Part shown: positions 10,804 to 20,725 of the stretch, in pieces | Numbering within the stretch: the first letter of the stretch is position 1 | Layout of the letters: every line of letters starts with the position of its first letter | IMG/VR virus record: IMGVR_UViG_3300025000_000005 | Location: 26,779 to 90,778 of that record | DNA length: 64,000 bases | Reading direction: 5' to 3' (one strand) | Origin: a virus | Translations under genes and position numbers: made by a program | The notes under the pieces: model-generated | Databases searched by the model: none | What the model was told of the DNA's origin: nothing | What the model saw: only the letters and a program-made list of their open reading frames with translations

Positions 10804-11126
10804 TATAGATTCCCCTCCACATGACTGACGACATCGGCAATGATCTCGTCGATTGACTGCTTGCCAGTTTTTGCCAGCACCGATGTCATATTGATGATGA
10901 AAAGCGAAACAATTTCTTGCGCCTTTCTGAGTAATTCAGCTTTCATCAGCGGATACCAATCAGATGAATCAGCCACCTCACGTTTACCGGAAAAGGAATC
11001 AGACCAAAGAACTTGCCCGGTTCCTGACTCTTCATTGTAATCGTCTGTTGCGATCTGGACGGAAGCAGAAAACGTGATCGTTCCGTTTGAGTATGACCAG
11101 TTAGGGCTCACTATTTTTATTTGCAT
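10803..11126 (-). CDS. Hypothetical protein
   Basis: 107-aa ORF in operon, RBS AGGAGA. Confidence 0.6.
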   Translation of the reverse strand: MQIKIVSPNWSYSNGTITFSASVQIATDDYNEESGTGQVLWSDSFSGKREVADSSDWYPLMKAELLRKAQEIVSLFIINMTSVLAKTGKQSIDEIIADVVSHVEGNL

Positions 11127-11335
11127 TTCATCTCTCCTATCTTCAATTCTCTATCCAAAAGATTCTCCAGCGCTTCCCACGCTTTTTTATTCTCTTTCAC
11201 CGCCCGATTCGCAATCCGTCCAGCCCGGTGAAAGAACGACATCACCATGGCCGTTTCGTCAATCGTCTTGACGAGATTTAGGATTTCATATTTTTTGGAG
11301 ATGTCCAAGCTTTTGCCACACTCCCAAATTTTCAA
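11117..11335 (-). CDS. Hypothetical protein
   Basis: 72-aa ORF with TTG start, overlapping the next gene. Confidence 0.4.
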   Translation of the reverse strand: MKIWECGKSLDISKKYEILNLVKTIDETAMVMSFFHRAGRIANRAVKENKKAWEALENLLDRELKIGEMKCK

Positions 11336-11406
11336 AGAACGGTTGTATAAAACTTTTTTTATTTATTACTTTAAATCTTTATGCGAAGGCAAGCGGAAAT
11401 GCCGCT

Positions 11407-13068
11407 TTAAATGCCTGGCTTTATTTCTTCCGGAATCTCGGCATCCTGCATCTTTCGCCATTCGTCCGCAACAAGGCTTGATAATCCATCGGGAATATCG
11501 GCTATGTCGTTGAATTTCCAAACATCCCCCATTTTGTCTAACCGCCATGCCCATTCGGCGGCCTGAACCTTTGAGGCAATTCCCCTGCCGACAGCCCTAC
11601 CTGTTGGAAGATGGGTTACCGACCACTGAGATCCCCTACCATCCTCCTTATGCACTGCGAAAAGCTCACCATATCGCCACCCCGACACGGTTCTTTTCCC
11701 GCCGCCATCGGGATTAGCATCCCAAGCGGTTGAATACTCATGCTTTTTAAGCTTTATGTTTTTAAAAAAAGCTTCCAGGATCGGGCGGTTTTCGGATCGT
11801 TGCTTTTTTACTCGCTCATCATGCTCAACCGTTGCGGCAAGCTCTTTGCGTTCAGCCTCTTCTTTTTCGGCCTTGGCCTTTAATTCGCGCTTAAACGGAT
11901 CGAGAATATTTTTTTTGATTTCGGGAATCAGATTATCGAGTGCAAAAAAACGGCCATCACGAATATACCGGCCGATATCACCGAGATATCCTTTGGCCGC
12001 CGTATATCTCCCGTGTAAAACCCTGTTTTTTTGCGGGTCAACATAAGGGACATCGTGCATGGTATTGATAATCCCGGCGTATTTCTCGGCGGCTGCATAA
12101 AGATGAGCAGGCGCAATTTTTTTGAACACGGGAATGTTTTTGGAACTTCCGGATACTATGGCATCAACAATCGCATTTACCATTGCCGCATCGGGGGTGA
12201 CCCCACTGCCGATATCATAGCTCGGCACAGTCGCGATATCGACCTTATCGTTTTCATCCCACAAGGATGCTCTTCGGATAACATAGCCATAATACCCGAC
12301 CCCACGGGAAAGAATCAGCGCATTATATATTCCGGGCTTTATTTCCATTCGCCCCAGCTCAATGAAATTTTCCTTTTGCGCCCTTTCCGATAATCGATTT
12401 TCTGCGCGTTCTCGAAGGTCTTTTTTACCATCCTCCGTTTCGAACCATTCTATATCCTCTCGCAAACGGTCCTTTCTTTCACGGTCAAGTTTTGATCTCT
12501 TAGGCCATAGAGATTGCAGTTCGGACTTGAAGCCATCAACTATTTTTACGGACTCGGTATAGATTTCCAGCTTAGTCGGTTTTGGTGGGTCTGGAAGCTC
12601 TGGCATCGTCTCCAACTTATAGTCCAAAAGCCCTGCACCGATAAAAGCGCGTTTTATATCATCCACGCTCCCGGCATTTCGGATATCATCACGCCAATAA
12701 TAACCGGCAGACTCGGCAACCAACTGCATAGGCCCATCATCAACCGGAATATCCTCCGGCAGAAACCCCTCAACGAGATCAAAACTTAAAATCAAGTCCG
12801 GATTTGCCATCAAAAGCGCATTGTAAATGTCGGCCGGCGGTGAATTTTGAAGACTTACCGGTTTTCCGGTCATTCCTATAGCCCCAGCCGAGAAGAGCGC
12901 CTCAAGGCATCGCATGGCGCCCACGCTCCCCATGTCATCAACCGTAACAGGCGCCGGAACGTCCCACTGCGTTTCTTCGGTCCGGATAACGGCGTACCCG
13001 GCCGTAGTGGCCACGAAAAACCGGTATTCACTTTCGGGGTAAATAATATCGTCTTCTAAAAATTGCAT
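11407..13068 (-). CDS. Putative virion cargo protein, Hxr-like N-terminus fused to ~430 aa of unknown domains
   Basis: Likely start ATG 13068 (RBS GGAGG). Sits at the hxr position after ddrB, with weak resemblance to recalled Hxr in the first ~120 aa. Confidence 0.6.
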   Translation of the reverse strand: MQFLEDDIIYPESEYRFFVATTAGYAVIRTEETQWDVPAPVTVDDMGSVGAMRCLEALFSAGAIGMTGKPVSLQNSPPADIYNALLMANPDLILSFDLVEGFLPEDIPVDDGPMQLVAESAGYYWRDDIRNAGSVDDIKRAFIGAGLLDYKLETMPELPDPPKPTKLEIYTESVKIVDGFKSELQSLWPKRSKLDRERKDRLREDIEWFETEDGKKDLRERAENRLSERAQKENFIELGRMEIKPGIYNALILSRGVGYYGYVIRRASLWDENDKVDIATVPSYDIGSGVTPDAAMVNAIVDAIVSGSSKNIPVFKKIAPAHLYAAAEKYAGIINTMHDVPYVDPQKNRVLHGRYTAAKGYLGDIGRYIRDGRFFALDNLIPEIKKNILDPFKRELKAKAEKEEAERKELAATVEHDERVKKQRSENRPILEAFFKNIKLKKHEYSTAWDANPDGGGKRTVSGWRYGELFAVHKEDGRGSQWSVTHLPTGRAVGRGIASKVQAAEWAWRLDKMGDVWKFNDIADIPDGLSSLVADEWRKMQDAEIPEEIKPGI

Positions 13069-13069
13069 A

Positions 13070-14890
13070 TTACGCCGCATTCGCCTCCGCACGGGGAAGA
13101 AGGGTTGTGTCAATTTCGGGAACTCCGCCCTTTTGGGCTTTGTCGATAAAATGATCCTGCAACATTGAGCGCTCTTCGATGTATTGGCGAATGCCATGCG
13201 CCCACTGAATAGCGGTATCTCTACCATACTGATTATACGAAAAAACAAGCATATACAGCCCCATGCGTAATTCTTTTTGGGACGTGAAAAGCGTTACGAA
13301 AGCCCCGTCAAGTATCACCTGAAACCGGTTATCAGCCCCGAGGCTCGGCTTTGATTTCCAGGAAGATACGGCAATGATGGTTCCAGCTATCTTCTGCTCA
13401 ATATCAGCACTCTTTTTCTCAAGCACGGAATAAAAGGCCTCGCTCAATTTCGCCTTTTGTTTTTCATTCTCGATCATCGATTCCTGCTTTGCCAGGACCT
13501 CTTTTTCGACGGTCCCAAGTGGAGCCTTCATGATTCCGAGTATGAGCTGAAAAAGCTCAGAGTCTTTCTCGTAAAGGAAAGCCATTCCGTCCGCGGTCGC
13601 AAACTGCTGCATGCCCATGCTGCACACCTCGGTAACGCCAGAGGAATACCGCTTCCCAACATAGGGATGGAAGAAGTCATCTTCAAAGGCGACCTCTCCA
13701 CCACGGTAAGCCTTATTGCCGGTAAGCCGACTCAATTTTACCGGAGGCGCCATCCTCCCGCCCGTCCTTTTATCGAGATATTGATTCGTTGCCGACTTAA
13801 CCCTGGCATTATTTTCAAGTATGTGGCCCATTTCGTGAAATAGTGTCGTTTTCGAAAAGTTCCCGTCCAGGTAGATGGTCCCGGTATCCGAGTTGGCGCA
13901 TGCCCTGCGATGCCCCTTCGTGACGATATTCACTTTCGGTGCCCGGCCGCCGACCAGCCTATAGAACTCGGCCATGTCTTTTTTTAGGGTCTCGACCGGA
14001 TATCTGATCTTTTTCAGCCTTGCCTTTGAGCTGGCCGTAATTTCCTGGCTATTCGCCCATGCTTCGGCCTGATCGGCTGTCACGGGAGATGCTGAAAGCA
14101 CGGTCGCCATTACGGCATCCTTAAATTCTGCCTTTTCGGCGTCGCTTTTTTCTTTCAGGGCTACAAGGCGCTCTTCCAGCGGCGCCACCTTTTCACGCAC
14201 CGAAGCGTTAATTCCGGCTTGAAGGTCATAAAGCTTTTCGAGGAAGGCCTCCATTTTTGGTTTCAGATCCCTCGTTTCCGCCTCTCTCCACGCCCTCAAC
14301 TCTCTAAGCTTTTCTGTATAATTTTCAGATCCAATAGTGATACCAACCGAACGTTCCAAATCGCTGACCTTTTTTCTGTAATCAATCTCGATCGATGTCA
14401 ACTTGGTGTTCACCTGCTCATAATCCGAGTTTTCCCTCAACGCATCAGCCGTCTTGTTGAGCGCCTCTTGGTGCTTGGCGTAAATCTCCTTAATTTCGAT
14501 AGAAACGGATTCCATTTCCGCCCGACTTTTTGACTGCAAAATCTTATCGGCACCTTCAATGATTTTCCCTGATTCAAGAAAATGGTCAAAAGTTAATGAG
14601 CCCATAGACGCCTTCGGACTCAATTCCGATATTTCCCTCAAAACATCTTCACGCTCAACCCCGACAGCTCGATAGGAATTCCCGCCGCGATTGCCTATCG
14701 GAATAAGTAGTTCCCACCGTTCAAGGGGATCATCTGTCGCGCGGGCTTTTTCGAGATGGTCCAATATTGATTTGCCCTCGTTGTAGTGGCTCACCCATGA
14801 ATCATAGCCGATACCGATATAAGAGCTAAATACGAGTGCCAATGACTCAAAGGACTGCGCTTCTCTCACCCTGTCGGCAACCGTCACCAT
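13070..14890 (-). CDS. ddrB: DdrB-like protein with zincin metallopeptidase domain
   Basis: AEFYRLVGG...TLFHEMGHILE...TEVCSMGMQQF matches the recalled P1 DdrB C-terminal HExxH domain. Synteny ddrA-ddrB. Confidence 0.75.
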   Translation of the reverse strand: MVTVADRVREAQSFESLALVFSSYIGIGYDSWVSHYNEGKSILDHLEKARATDDPLERWELLIPIGNRGGNSYRAVGVEREDVLREISELSPKASMGSLTFDHFLESGKIIEGADKILQSKSRAEMESVSIEIKEIYAKHQEALNKTADALRENSDYEQVNTKLTSIEIDYRKKVSDLERSVGITIGSENYTEKLRELRAWREAETRDLKPKMEAFLEKLYDLQAGINASVREKVAPLEERLVALKEKSDAEKAEFKDAVMATVLSASPVTADQAEAWANSQEITASSKARLKKIRYPVETLKKDMAEFYRLVGGRAPKVNIVTKGHRRACANSDTGTIYLDGNFSKTTLFHEMGHILENNARVKSATNQYLDKRTGGRMAPPVKLSRLTGNKAYRGGEVAFEDDFFHPYVGKRYSSGVTEVCSMGMQQFATADGMAFLYEKDSELFQLILGIMKAPLGTVEKEVLAKQESMIENEKQKAKLSEAFYSVLEKKSADIEQKIAGTIIAVSSWKSKPSLGADNRFQVILDGAFVTLFTSQKELRMGLYMLVFSYNQYGRDTAIQWAHGIRQYIEERSMLQDHFIDKAQKGGVPEIDTTLLPRAEANAA

Positions 14891-14891
14891 A

Positions 14892-15221
14892 TTAAAGGCC
14901 CTCTATACGCTTTTCGATATACCGGATAGTGGGCGGCTTCACAGGCTCAACATCCTTGATCTCATCCACAATTTCCTTCAGGATGCTCAAAAATCGAATC
15001 GGTGTTTCATCGTCAAATTTCCCGGAGATAAGATCCTTCAACTTCTGGTTTTCATCCCCGGCTCCGGTGTCCAGCTTCTCATCAAGCTGCTTTAAAAGCT
15101 CTCCGATCTCGCGCCGAACCGCGTTTTTCTCTTTAAAACTGAGCGTCCCGGCTTCCAGCTCGCTCAGTTTTGCGCCGATCTGCTTCCGGATCTGGTTTCT
15201 TTCCTTGAATGATAAGGCCAT
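14892..15221 (-). CDS. ddrA: DdrA-like protein
   Basis: 109 aa MALSFKE..., between darA and ddrB, resembles the recalled DdrA N-terminus. Confidence 0.6.
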   Translation of the reverse strand: MALSFKERNQIRKQIGAKLSELEAGTLSFKEKNAVRREIGELLKQLDEKLDTGAGDENQKLKDLISGKFDDETPIRFLSILKEIVDEIKDVEPVKPPTIRYIEKRIEGL

Positions 15222-15235
15222 GGTGCGATTCTCCT

Positions 15236-17947
15236 TTAAGCCGCGGCTTTCTTGGTCAGTGCGGTTGCGTAAGCGTCAACTTTTTCCATCAGGTCGGCGT
15301 ATTGATCTTCCGGAAGGTCAAAGACTTGTTCAATCACATCGGCAAGGGCGCCCGGTGTCAAGTGATCGTATTTCCCGGAAAGGACGTCATTGGCCACGGT
15401 TACCGCCGCGAGTTCTTGCGGTTCGACAGACGGGGAGGGTTCGGGTTCGTTCTGGTCGGGTACCGGGGTTGGTTCCGGTTCTATTACCGGTTCGGGTTCT
15501 GGCTCGTTTTGCTCGGCAGGCGGGACGATTGGTTCCGGTTCAGGCGCGGGCTCTGGCTCAGGCACAGAAGCGGACTTTTCTTGAAGGTATTGAGCATAAT
15601 CCATGCCGGTTTTGGTTAATGATTTCTCGGTCAAAAAGGCGCCGTCATCAGTCGTAAAAAAACGCTCACCGTCGCGCATAACTACCTTGCGGCCAGCGCT
15701 GATTTCCGACTCGACCTTTCCCTTTATGGTCATGACAACGCCATCAAATCTTCGTTGAGAGTTGAGGTTGACCAGGGTCTTCTCTTTTCGCATCGGGTCC
15801 ATGCCGTCTGTAAATCCGTTCACGTTTTCGAATTCCTTTCGAGCCTCATCTGCACGCGACTTCCCTTCCGCATCTCGCACCGCCTGCTCTTTCCTCGACT
15901 TACTATTGGCAGTATCGACCTCTATCATCCTGTCTATCTGATCGACGGGAATAAGTTCAGTAAACCCAAGCTCCATCCAGCTCGACTTTACACCGTAAGC
16001 CCACTTCCCGCCGTCAAACTCGAAAGACGAAATCGTCCTGGTACCATCGGGGTATGCCTCCCACGAAAACCCTATGTCGTATTTTTGCTCGGGCTTTTGC
16101 GGTTCTTCGACGCTCTTATTGGGAGGTTCTTCCCCCTCGACCCAACCCTTATCAAACCCCTGACTCAAAAGATTCTTAGAGAACGTGTTCGCCCAGCTTC
16201 TTTCCGGCCGGCCAACCTTGGTGCGCCGGACCTCCCCAAGCGGACCGCGATAGGCAATACCGCTCAACCGAAGGCGCCCGGTATCAGCGCTGGTCGTAAA
16301 AACCATTTCCGAGTCGGTCACAAGGTCGCCGTTCATTTCAATGTATTGCGTAAAATAAATCACCCGTTGTCCGTCCGGGCCTTCATCACGCGCTTCTATG
16401 ACAAGATCAGTATAAGATCCGCTCTTGACCTTCCGGTGGAAATCCCCATCCATTACCGAGGCTTCATACCCGAGGCTATAGAGAAGCTTCGCGGCGCGTT
16501 GGGCGGGCATACCATCGGTTTGATCTGCTGGCGGCAAGACGGGAACGATAGGGGCTTTCCCCTCTTCTTTTGGCATTGTTTCATCGGCCTTTTTCTCCTC
16601 GGCAGGCAACGCGGCCATGATGGATTCCTTCACAGCCTCAACCGTCACATTCAGCGACCCACCAGGAGTGTGCGGATCTCCATTTACCTGAACCACGCCG
16701 CCGCCAGAAACATGCAACCGAAGCTCGGTGCCATTAATGGTAAGGGTCGTCTTTTCCCACTCGCCAAGCCTGTTTTTATCTGGTTCCCATGTGCCCAGGA
16801 CTCCCCCGAGATCTTTCACAACGGCATCGATGTTGGCCTTGCCTTCAGAGATACGGCTTTCAACTGGCAAGGGGTCAGGCTTCGTAACCTCAGTCGATGC
16901 CGCCGTTTCATCTTCGGCCGGACCTTCATCGGCAGGCAATGGATCTGTCAGCACGATTCTGTTTTCAGCCTTCAATTGGTCCACATATTTATCCCATTCG
17001 GCCTGTGTGATCTCGCCCTTGTCCAGCAACTCGGCCATAATCCCGGCCTGTTCAAGGTCCTGGAGGCGTAACCCCGGGACGCGCTCTGCCCCCAATGCTA
17101 CTCGGCGATTGTATTCTGACACCTTGCTGTCACTGGCGGCCTGCTCATCCCTCCTAATTTTCAAAGCGTCAATCTCAGCCCGCAAATCGGCATTGCTCTG
17201 TTTTACTTTTTCCAGCCTCGCCGAAGCGTCTTTGATATCCGCATCAACACTACCGGACCGTTCGGTAAGCGCCGATACCTCATCCAAAATGGATAGCCGT
17301 TGAGCCTCAAGGGCATCAATATTTTGCGTCACCTCTGCCAATTCCGCCTTTTGCGCCGCAACGTCCCCTTGGCCTTTCTGAAACGCCTCGGAATTCTTAG
17401 CCGCGAGTTGCATCAGCCGGATACATGTCTGCTCCAAAGAGACGTCCTTCCCGGATTCAGGGGAAACGACATGCGTGATATCCTTTTTGTTCAGCTTCCA
17501 GGCAAAGGCAACGATGGTATCGTCCGGCAAGATCTTCTTGTCGTTTCCGCCCGGGGCATGGAAGAGGATGCTGATCACCTGCCCGTCTGACAGCGGTATC
17601 TGGACCGTAACCGTTGCGAACAAACCGGACTTTCGAGGCGTACCGATAACAGGCGCCGCCGCAACAATCCCGGATTCGCCATGCTTATTGAGGGATTTCA
17701 CCAGGGCAAGCATTTTCGCCTCGGTATTGGCAAACCGCTTTACCCGGACCGACTCGACTATGATATCCTCACCGGCATTCCATGCATCATCAATATCGGA
17801 AAAGGACGCCGATTCGCACAACAGGCGGGCATCCTCCGGATCAGCCGACAACCCGTAATAGATGGTATTCATCTCCTGGTCCGAATACCCTTTTGCAAAG
17901 AAATCGACTCCGGTCAGTATACGGACACCATCATGTAGGGGATTCAT
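15236..17947 (-). CDS. darA: DarA antirestriction/head protein with extra inserted domains
   Basis: IPLSDGQVISILFHAP..AFAWKLNKKDITHVVSP..AAKNSEAFQK matches the DarA N-domain. Likely start ATG 17947 (RBS GGAGG). Coiled coil and PE-rich linker. Confidence 0.88.
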   Translation of the reverse strand: MNPLHDGVRILTGVDFFAKGYSDQEMNTIYYGLSADPEDARLLCESASFSDIDDAWNAGEDIIVESVRVKRFANTEAKMLALVKSLNKHGESGIVAAAPVIGTPRKSGLFATVTVQIPLSDGQVISILFHAPGGNDKKILPDDTIVAFAWKLNKKDITHVVSPESGKDVSLEQTCIRLMQLAAKNSEAFQKGQGDVAAQKAELAEVTQNIDALEAQRLSILDEVSALTERSGSVDADIKDASARLEKVKQSNADLRAEIDALKIRRDEQAASDSKVSEYNRRVALGAERVPGLRLQDLEQAGIMAELLDKGEITQAEWDKYVDQLKAENRIVLTDPLPADEGPAEDETAASTEVTKPDPLPVESRISEGKANIDAVVKDLGGVLGTWEPDKNRLGEWEKTTLTINGTELRLHVSGGGVVQVNGDPHTPGGSLNVTVEAVKESIMAALPAEEKKADETMPKEEGKAPIVPVLPPADQTDGMPAQRAAKLLYSLGYEASVMDGDFHRKVKSGSYTDLVIEARDEGPDGQRVIYFTQYIEMNGDLVTDSEMVFTTSADTGRLRLSGIAYRGPLGEVRRTKVGRPERSWANTFSKNLLSQGFDKGWVEGEEPPNKSVEEPQKPEQKYDIGFSWEAYPDGTRTISSFEFDGGKWAYGVKSSWMELGFTELIPVDQIDRMIEVDTANSKSRKEQAVRDAEGKSRADEARKEFENVNGFTDGMDPMRKEKTLVNLNSQRRFDGVVMTIKGKVESEISAGRKVVMRDGERFFTTDDGAFLTEKSLTKTGMDYAQYLQEKSASVPEPEPAPEPEPIVPPAEQNEPEPEPVIEPEPTPVPDQNEPEPSPSVEPQELAAVTVANDVLSGKYDHLTPGALADVIEQVFDLPEDQYADLMEKVDAYATALTKKAAA

Positions 17948-17948
17948 A

Positions 17949-18551
17949 TTATGCAGCCTCCTGTAATTCGGACAGCTCGGCCCGAAGGGTTTCATTCGTT
18001 TTGTTCTCCACCTCAAGCTCGGCCATGATCCCGGAATAATCGGACATTTTTACGTCAACCGTTCCCTTGATTTCGGCCAGAGCGACCTTAATCTCCTCGG
18101 TTTCCACCGTAACGGTCTCAAGCTCGGCCTTTTTATCCGCAAGCTGCTTTTTTGTGCTGGTTGAAACGGCCGGCGTCCCGCCCTGCTCTTTTTTGAGCGC
18201 CCGCTTCCGCCGCTGCTTAAGGTAGGTCGATTCGTTCTTTTTCAAATACCCGGCAATTTCCCCAATCGCCTTCGCAAGCTCACCAGCTTCGGATATGTCG
18301 GCATGCTTGATCGGCACCACCTTGCTGTTGATCCTCGCCTGGAAGATCGACCCGTTCCCCTTGATTTTAAGCACCAGCTTTTGGCCCGACTCAAAAGTGA
18401 TGGTCGCCGTTTTTACGGAAAATCCATCTTCTCGCTTCGGCATGTTCGGGGCATCGACTTTGGCAATCACCTGCCCGTGCTTTTGGGTCAGAGCGTCCGT
18501 GATGGGGGATAGCCCCTTCTCGTTGAAATTCGTGAAATTAATTTTGTCCAT
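17949..18551 (-). CDS. hdf: Hdf (DarA-fragment homologue)
   Basis: NFNEKGL...DGFSVKTATITFESGQ..INSKVVP matches recalled Hdf. Immediately upstream of darA. Confidence 0.85.
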   Translation of the reverse strand: MDKINFTNFNEKGLSPITDALTQKHGQVIAKVDAPNMPKREDGFSVKTATITFESGQKLVLKIKGNGSIFQARINSKVVPIKHADISEAGELAKAIGEIAGYLKKNESTYLKQRRKRALKKEQGGTPAVSTSTKKQLADKKAELETVTVETEEIKVALAEIKGTVDVKMSDYSGIMAELEVENKTNETLRAELSELQEAA

Positions 18552-18577
18552 AGAGATTACTCCATTAATTGAATCGT

Positions 18578-20725
18578 TTATTGGACCCTATAACTCCCGG
18601 AAACGCTTATGACCGAAGTGTCTAACAGATGCGCATCCGTAATCTGAGCGCTTGATCCATCAGTGGCTCCAGTATACACCTTAACCGAGGTTGAGCTGTA
18701 CAGCGCTAAAGCGTAAAGTCCCTGGTTCATCGCTCCAGACGCCAATGCAGTAGCCCTGATAGCACACGGGAAGCTCAGCGCGTTATGAACCGTGTAGGGA
18801 AGTCCTTCGATCAAAACGTAACCTGTTTCACTACCTTTACTTGTCAAGGTAATATTAATCCCGAAATGGACAATGTTGCCGACCCGCGTATACCGGCCAA
18901 CTTGGTTGCTGTAAGTGATGCCAGTTGAGCTTCCGCCGATGGTTATCGTTGGTGTCCATGTGCCCTCCAGATACCAATCGAGCACCGTTGTTCCGGCGTT
19001 GTCTTCATTCCCCAGGATCGACCCGTTAAGGATTTTAGTGGTGCAGTTTGACACATTGCCAGATTGGACAAATTTCCCGGAAATTGTGGCAGTATTGATC
19101 AGATCAGTGGTACATGTCTGAACTAAATTGCCCACAATGGTCGCGGCAGTAATCGTCCCTGAAAGGTTGATACCGGCCGAACCGGTTCCGGTAGCACCAG
19201 ATATTTTGTTTCCGGAAACGACCACTCGGTTGGCGCTCGCTATCCTAATATCTGCCATGTCGTCCACCGTGGCAGATCCACCGAACGAATTACCGACAAT
19301 CGAGGCATCCAGCGCGCTACTGCTGCCAGATAGCGAAACAACATCGTTCGGGATATTTACAAACTCATTGTCAGACACCGAGACGGTCCCGAGGCCCGTC
19401 CCCCCGTAGATTCCGTAATCCGTTTGACCAATAATATTCCCCATGATTTTTACGAGCATGCTTTGATTCGAGGAGTTATTTGCGTAGATCGCATAATCAG
19501 TATTCGGTGTATTAACTCCATCCAAAAACAAGCCGGGGCCTATGGTCAGTGCGGAGATTTTTGTATCGTTCGATTCATTGATTCTGATTAAGTAATCTTT
19601 GGCCCAACTGACGTAGCCGTTCATTATGGTCAGGCCGTCGCATGCGAGTACACTGATACAACTTTCAGCTATTGTCGCGCCTCCAATAGAAAAATTACTC
19701 ACCTGGCAAGTGAACGGAGCTTGGTATGTTGCCCCGTCCGAGTTTAGTGTCCGTGTGAAATACAGCAACCCGGCACCAGCTATGGCAGCTCCGGTATATC
19801 CGGAGCATGACAAAACGAAATCGGATAACTGATTAAGCTGCCCACCAGCGACTTGAATGCCCTTAAGATACCTACTAACAGATACGTTTTTGAGAGTAAA
19901 ACCAGCAACCTGTCTCAAATAAATTCCAATCCCTGTCGATACGGTACCGGCATTTGTAACGCTCAGATCGGAAATCCCGCAATTATAAAGGAACTCGTTC
20001 CCGGAGCTTGGAGAAGGCGGGTAGAAATAAATACAATTCGCAGAATTCGAAGTATTTGTAATCGTCGTAACGCTTCGACCCGCCCCTCTCAATTTTTGAT
20101 TTGCCTTGGTCAATGTAAGCGCTGTTACAAGATAATTCCCCTCCGGAAGGAAATTATCGTTTTTCCCGACCGCCAGCATCGCCATAATGGCCGCTGTGCT
20201 GTCGGACGTTCCGGTTTTGTCCGCGCCGAACCACAGCGCGTTTATTGCTCTCGGAGCGTATGTCCTCCACCAAGCACCACCAGAGCCGGTTGGAAGAGCG
20301 CTGGGAGCGGCGGTGATCCCTTTTTGCGTATCAGCGGTAACATTCGCTACGCATGGGGTACTATCCCACTCGAAGTCTCCCTCGTACCCATCGCCTGCCG
20401 ATGTGCGGCCTGCAACATGAACGATCGTACCATCCGCCGGGAGGGGTAGCGCAATAAGCTCGGCAAGGGTGGCAACCGTGTCCAGCTTGCTGTTAACCGC
20501 CGCCTTTATTGCATTTGCGTCCTCCTCCGAGAATTTCTCCGTATCAAGGAGTGGCGGAATCCAGTCGTTCGCAATTTTGTCGGCCCAAACAATATCAGAT
20601 GCCGAAGATGTAGACACAGATCCAACCAACATCGAAAACAAACAAAAAATCCAGAGTATTTTTTTCACAGTGTCATTCCTCTCTCTTATAGCCTTCGGCC
20701 GAACAACCGACCCCATCTTCATCAA
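18578..20725 (-). CDS. Tailspike/depolymerase-like beta-helix protein with signal-peptide-like N-terminus
   Basis: WFGADKTGTSDSTAAI..FLPEGNY..LRGAG (pectate-lyase-3-like), beta-helix repeats, C-terminal EGTWTPTI..GRYTRVGNIV domain. Probable start GTG 20668. Confidence 0.8.
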   Translation of the reverse strand: MMKMGSVVRPKAIRERNDTVKKILWIFCLFSMLVGSVSTSSASDIVWADKIANDWIPPLLDTEKFSEEDANAIKAAVNSKLDTVATLAELIALPLPADGTIVHVAGRTSAGDGYEGDFEWDSTPCVANVTADTQKGITAAPSALPTGSGGAWWRTYAPRAINALWFGADKTGTSDSTAAIMAMLAVGKNDNFLPEGNYLVTALTLTKANQKLRGAGRSVTTITNTSNSANCIYFYPPSPSSGNEFLYNCGISDLSVTNAGTVSTGIGIYLRQVAGFTLKNVSVSRYLKGIQVAGGQLNQLSDFVLSCSGYTGAAIAGAGLLYFTRTLNSDGATYQAPFTCQVSNFSIGGATIAESCISVLACDGLTIMNGYVSWAKDYLIRINESNDTKISALTIGPGLFLDGVNTPNTDYAIYANNSSNQSMLVKIMGNIIGQTDYGIYGGTGLGTVSVSDNEFVNIPNDVVSLSGSSSALDASIVGNSFGGSATVDDMADIRIASANRVVVSGNKISGATGTGSAGINLSGTITAATIVGNLVQTCTTDLINTATISGKFVQSGNVSNCTTKILNGSILGNEDNAGTTVLDWYLEGTWTPTITIGGSSTGITYSNQVGRYTRVGNIVHFGINITLTSKGSETGYVLIEGLPYTVHNALSFPCAIRATALASGAMNQGLYALALYSSTSVKVYTGATDGSSAQITDAHLLDTSVISVSGSYRVQ

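Noticed and set aside
523-17858. Long plus-strand ORFs (e.g. 523-1386, 8835-9623, 15755-17071)
   Set aside because: Antisense shadows of well-supported minus-strand genes, with no motifs or RBS support.
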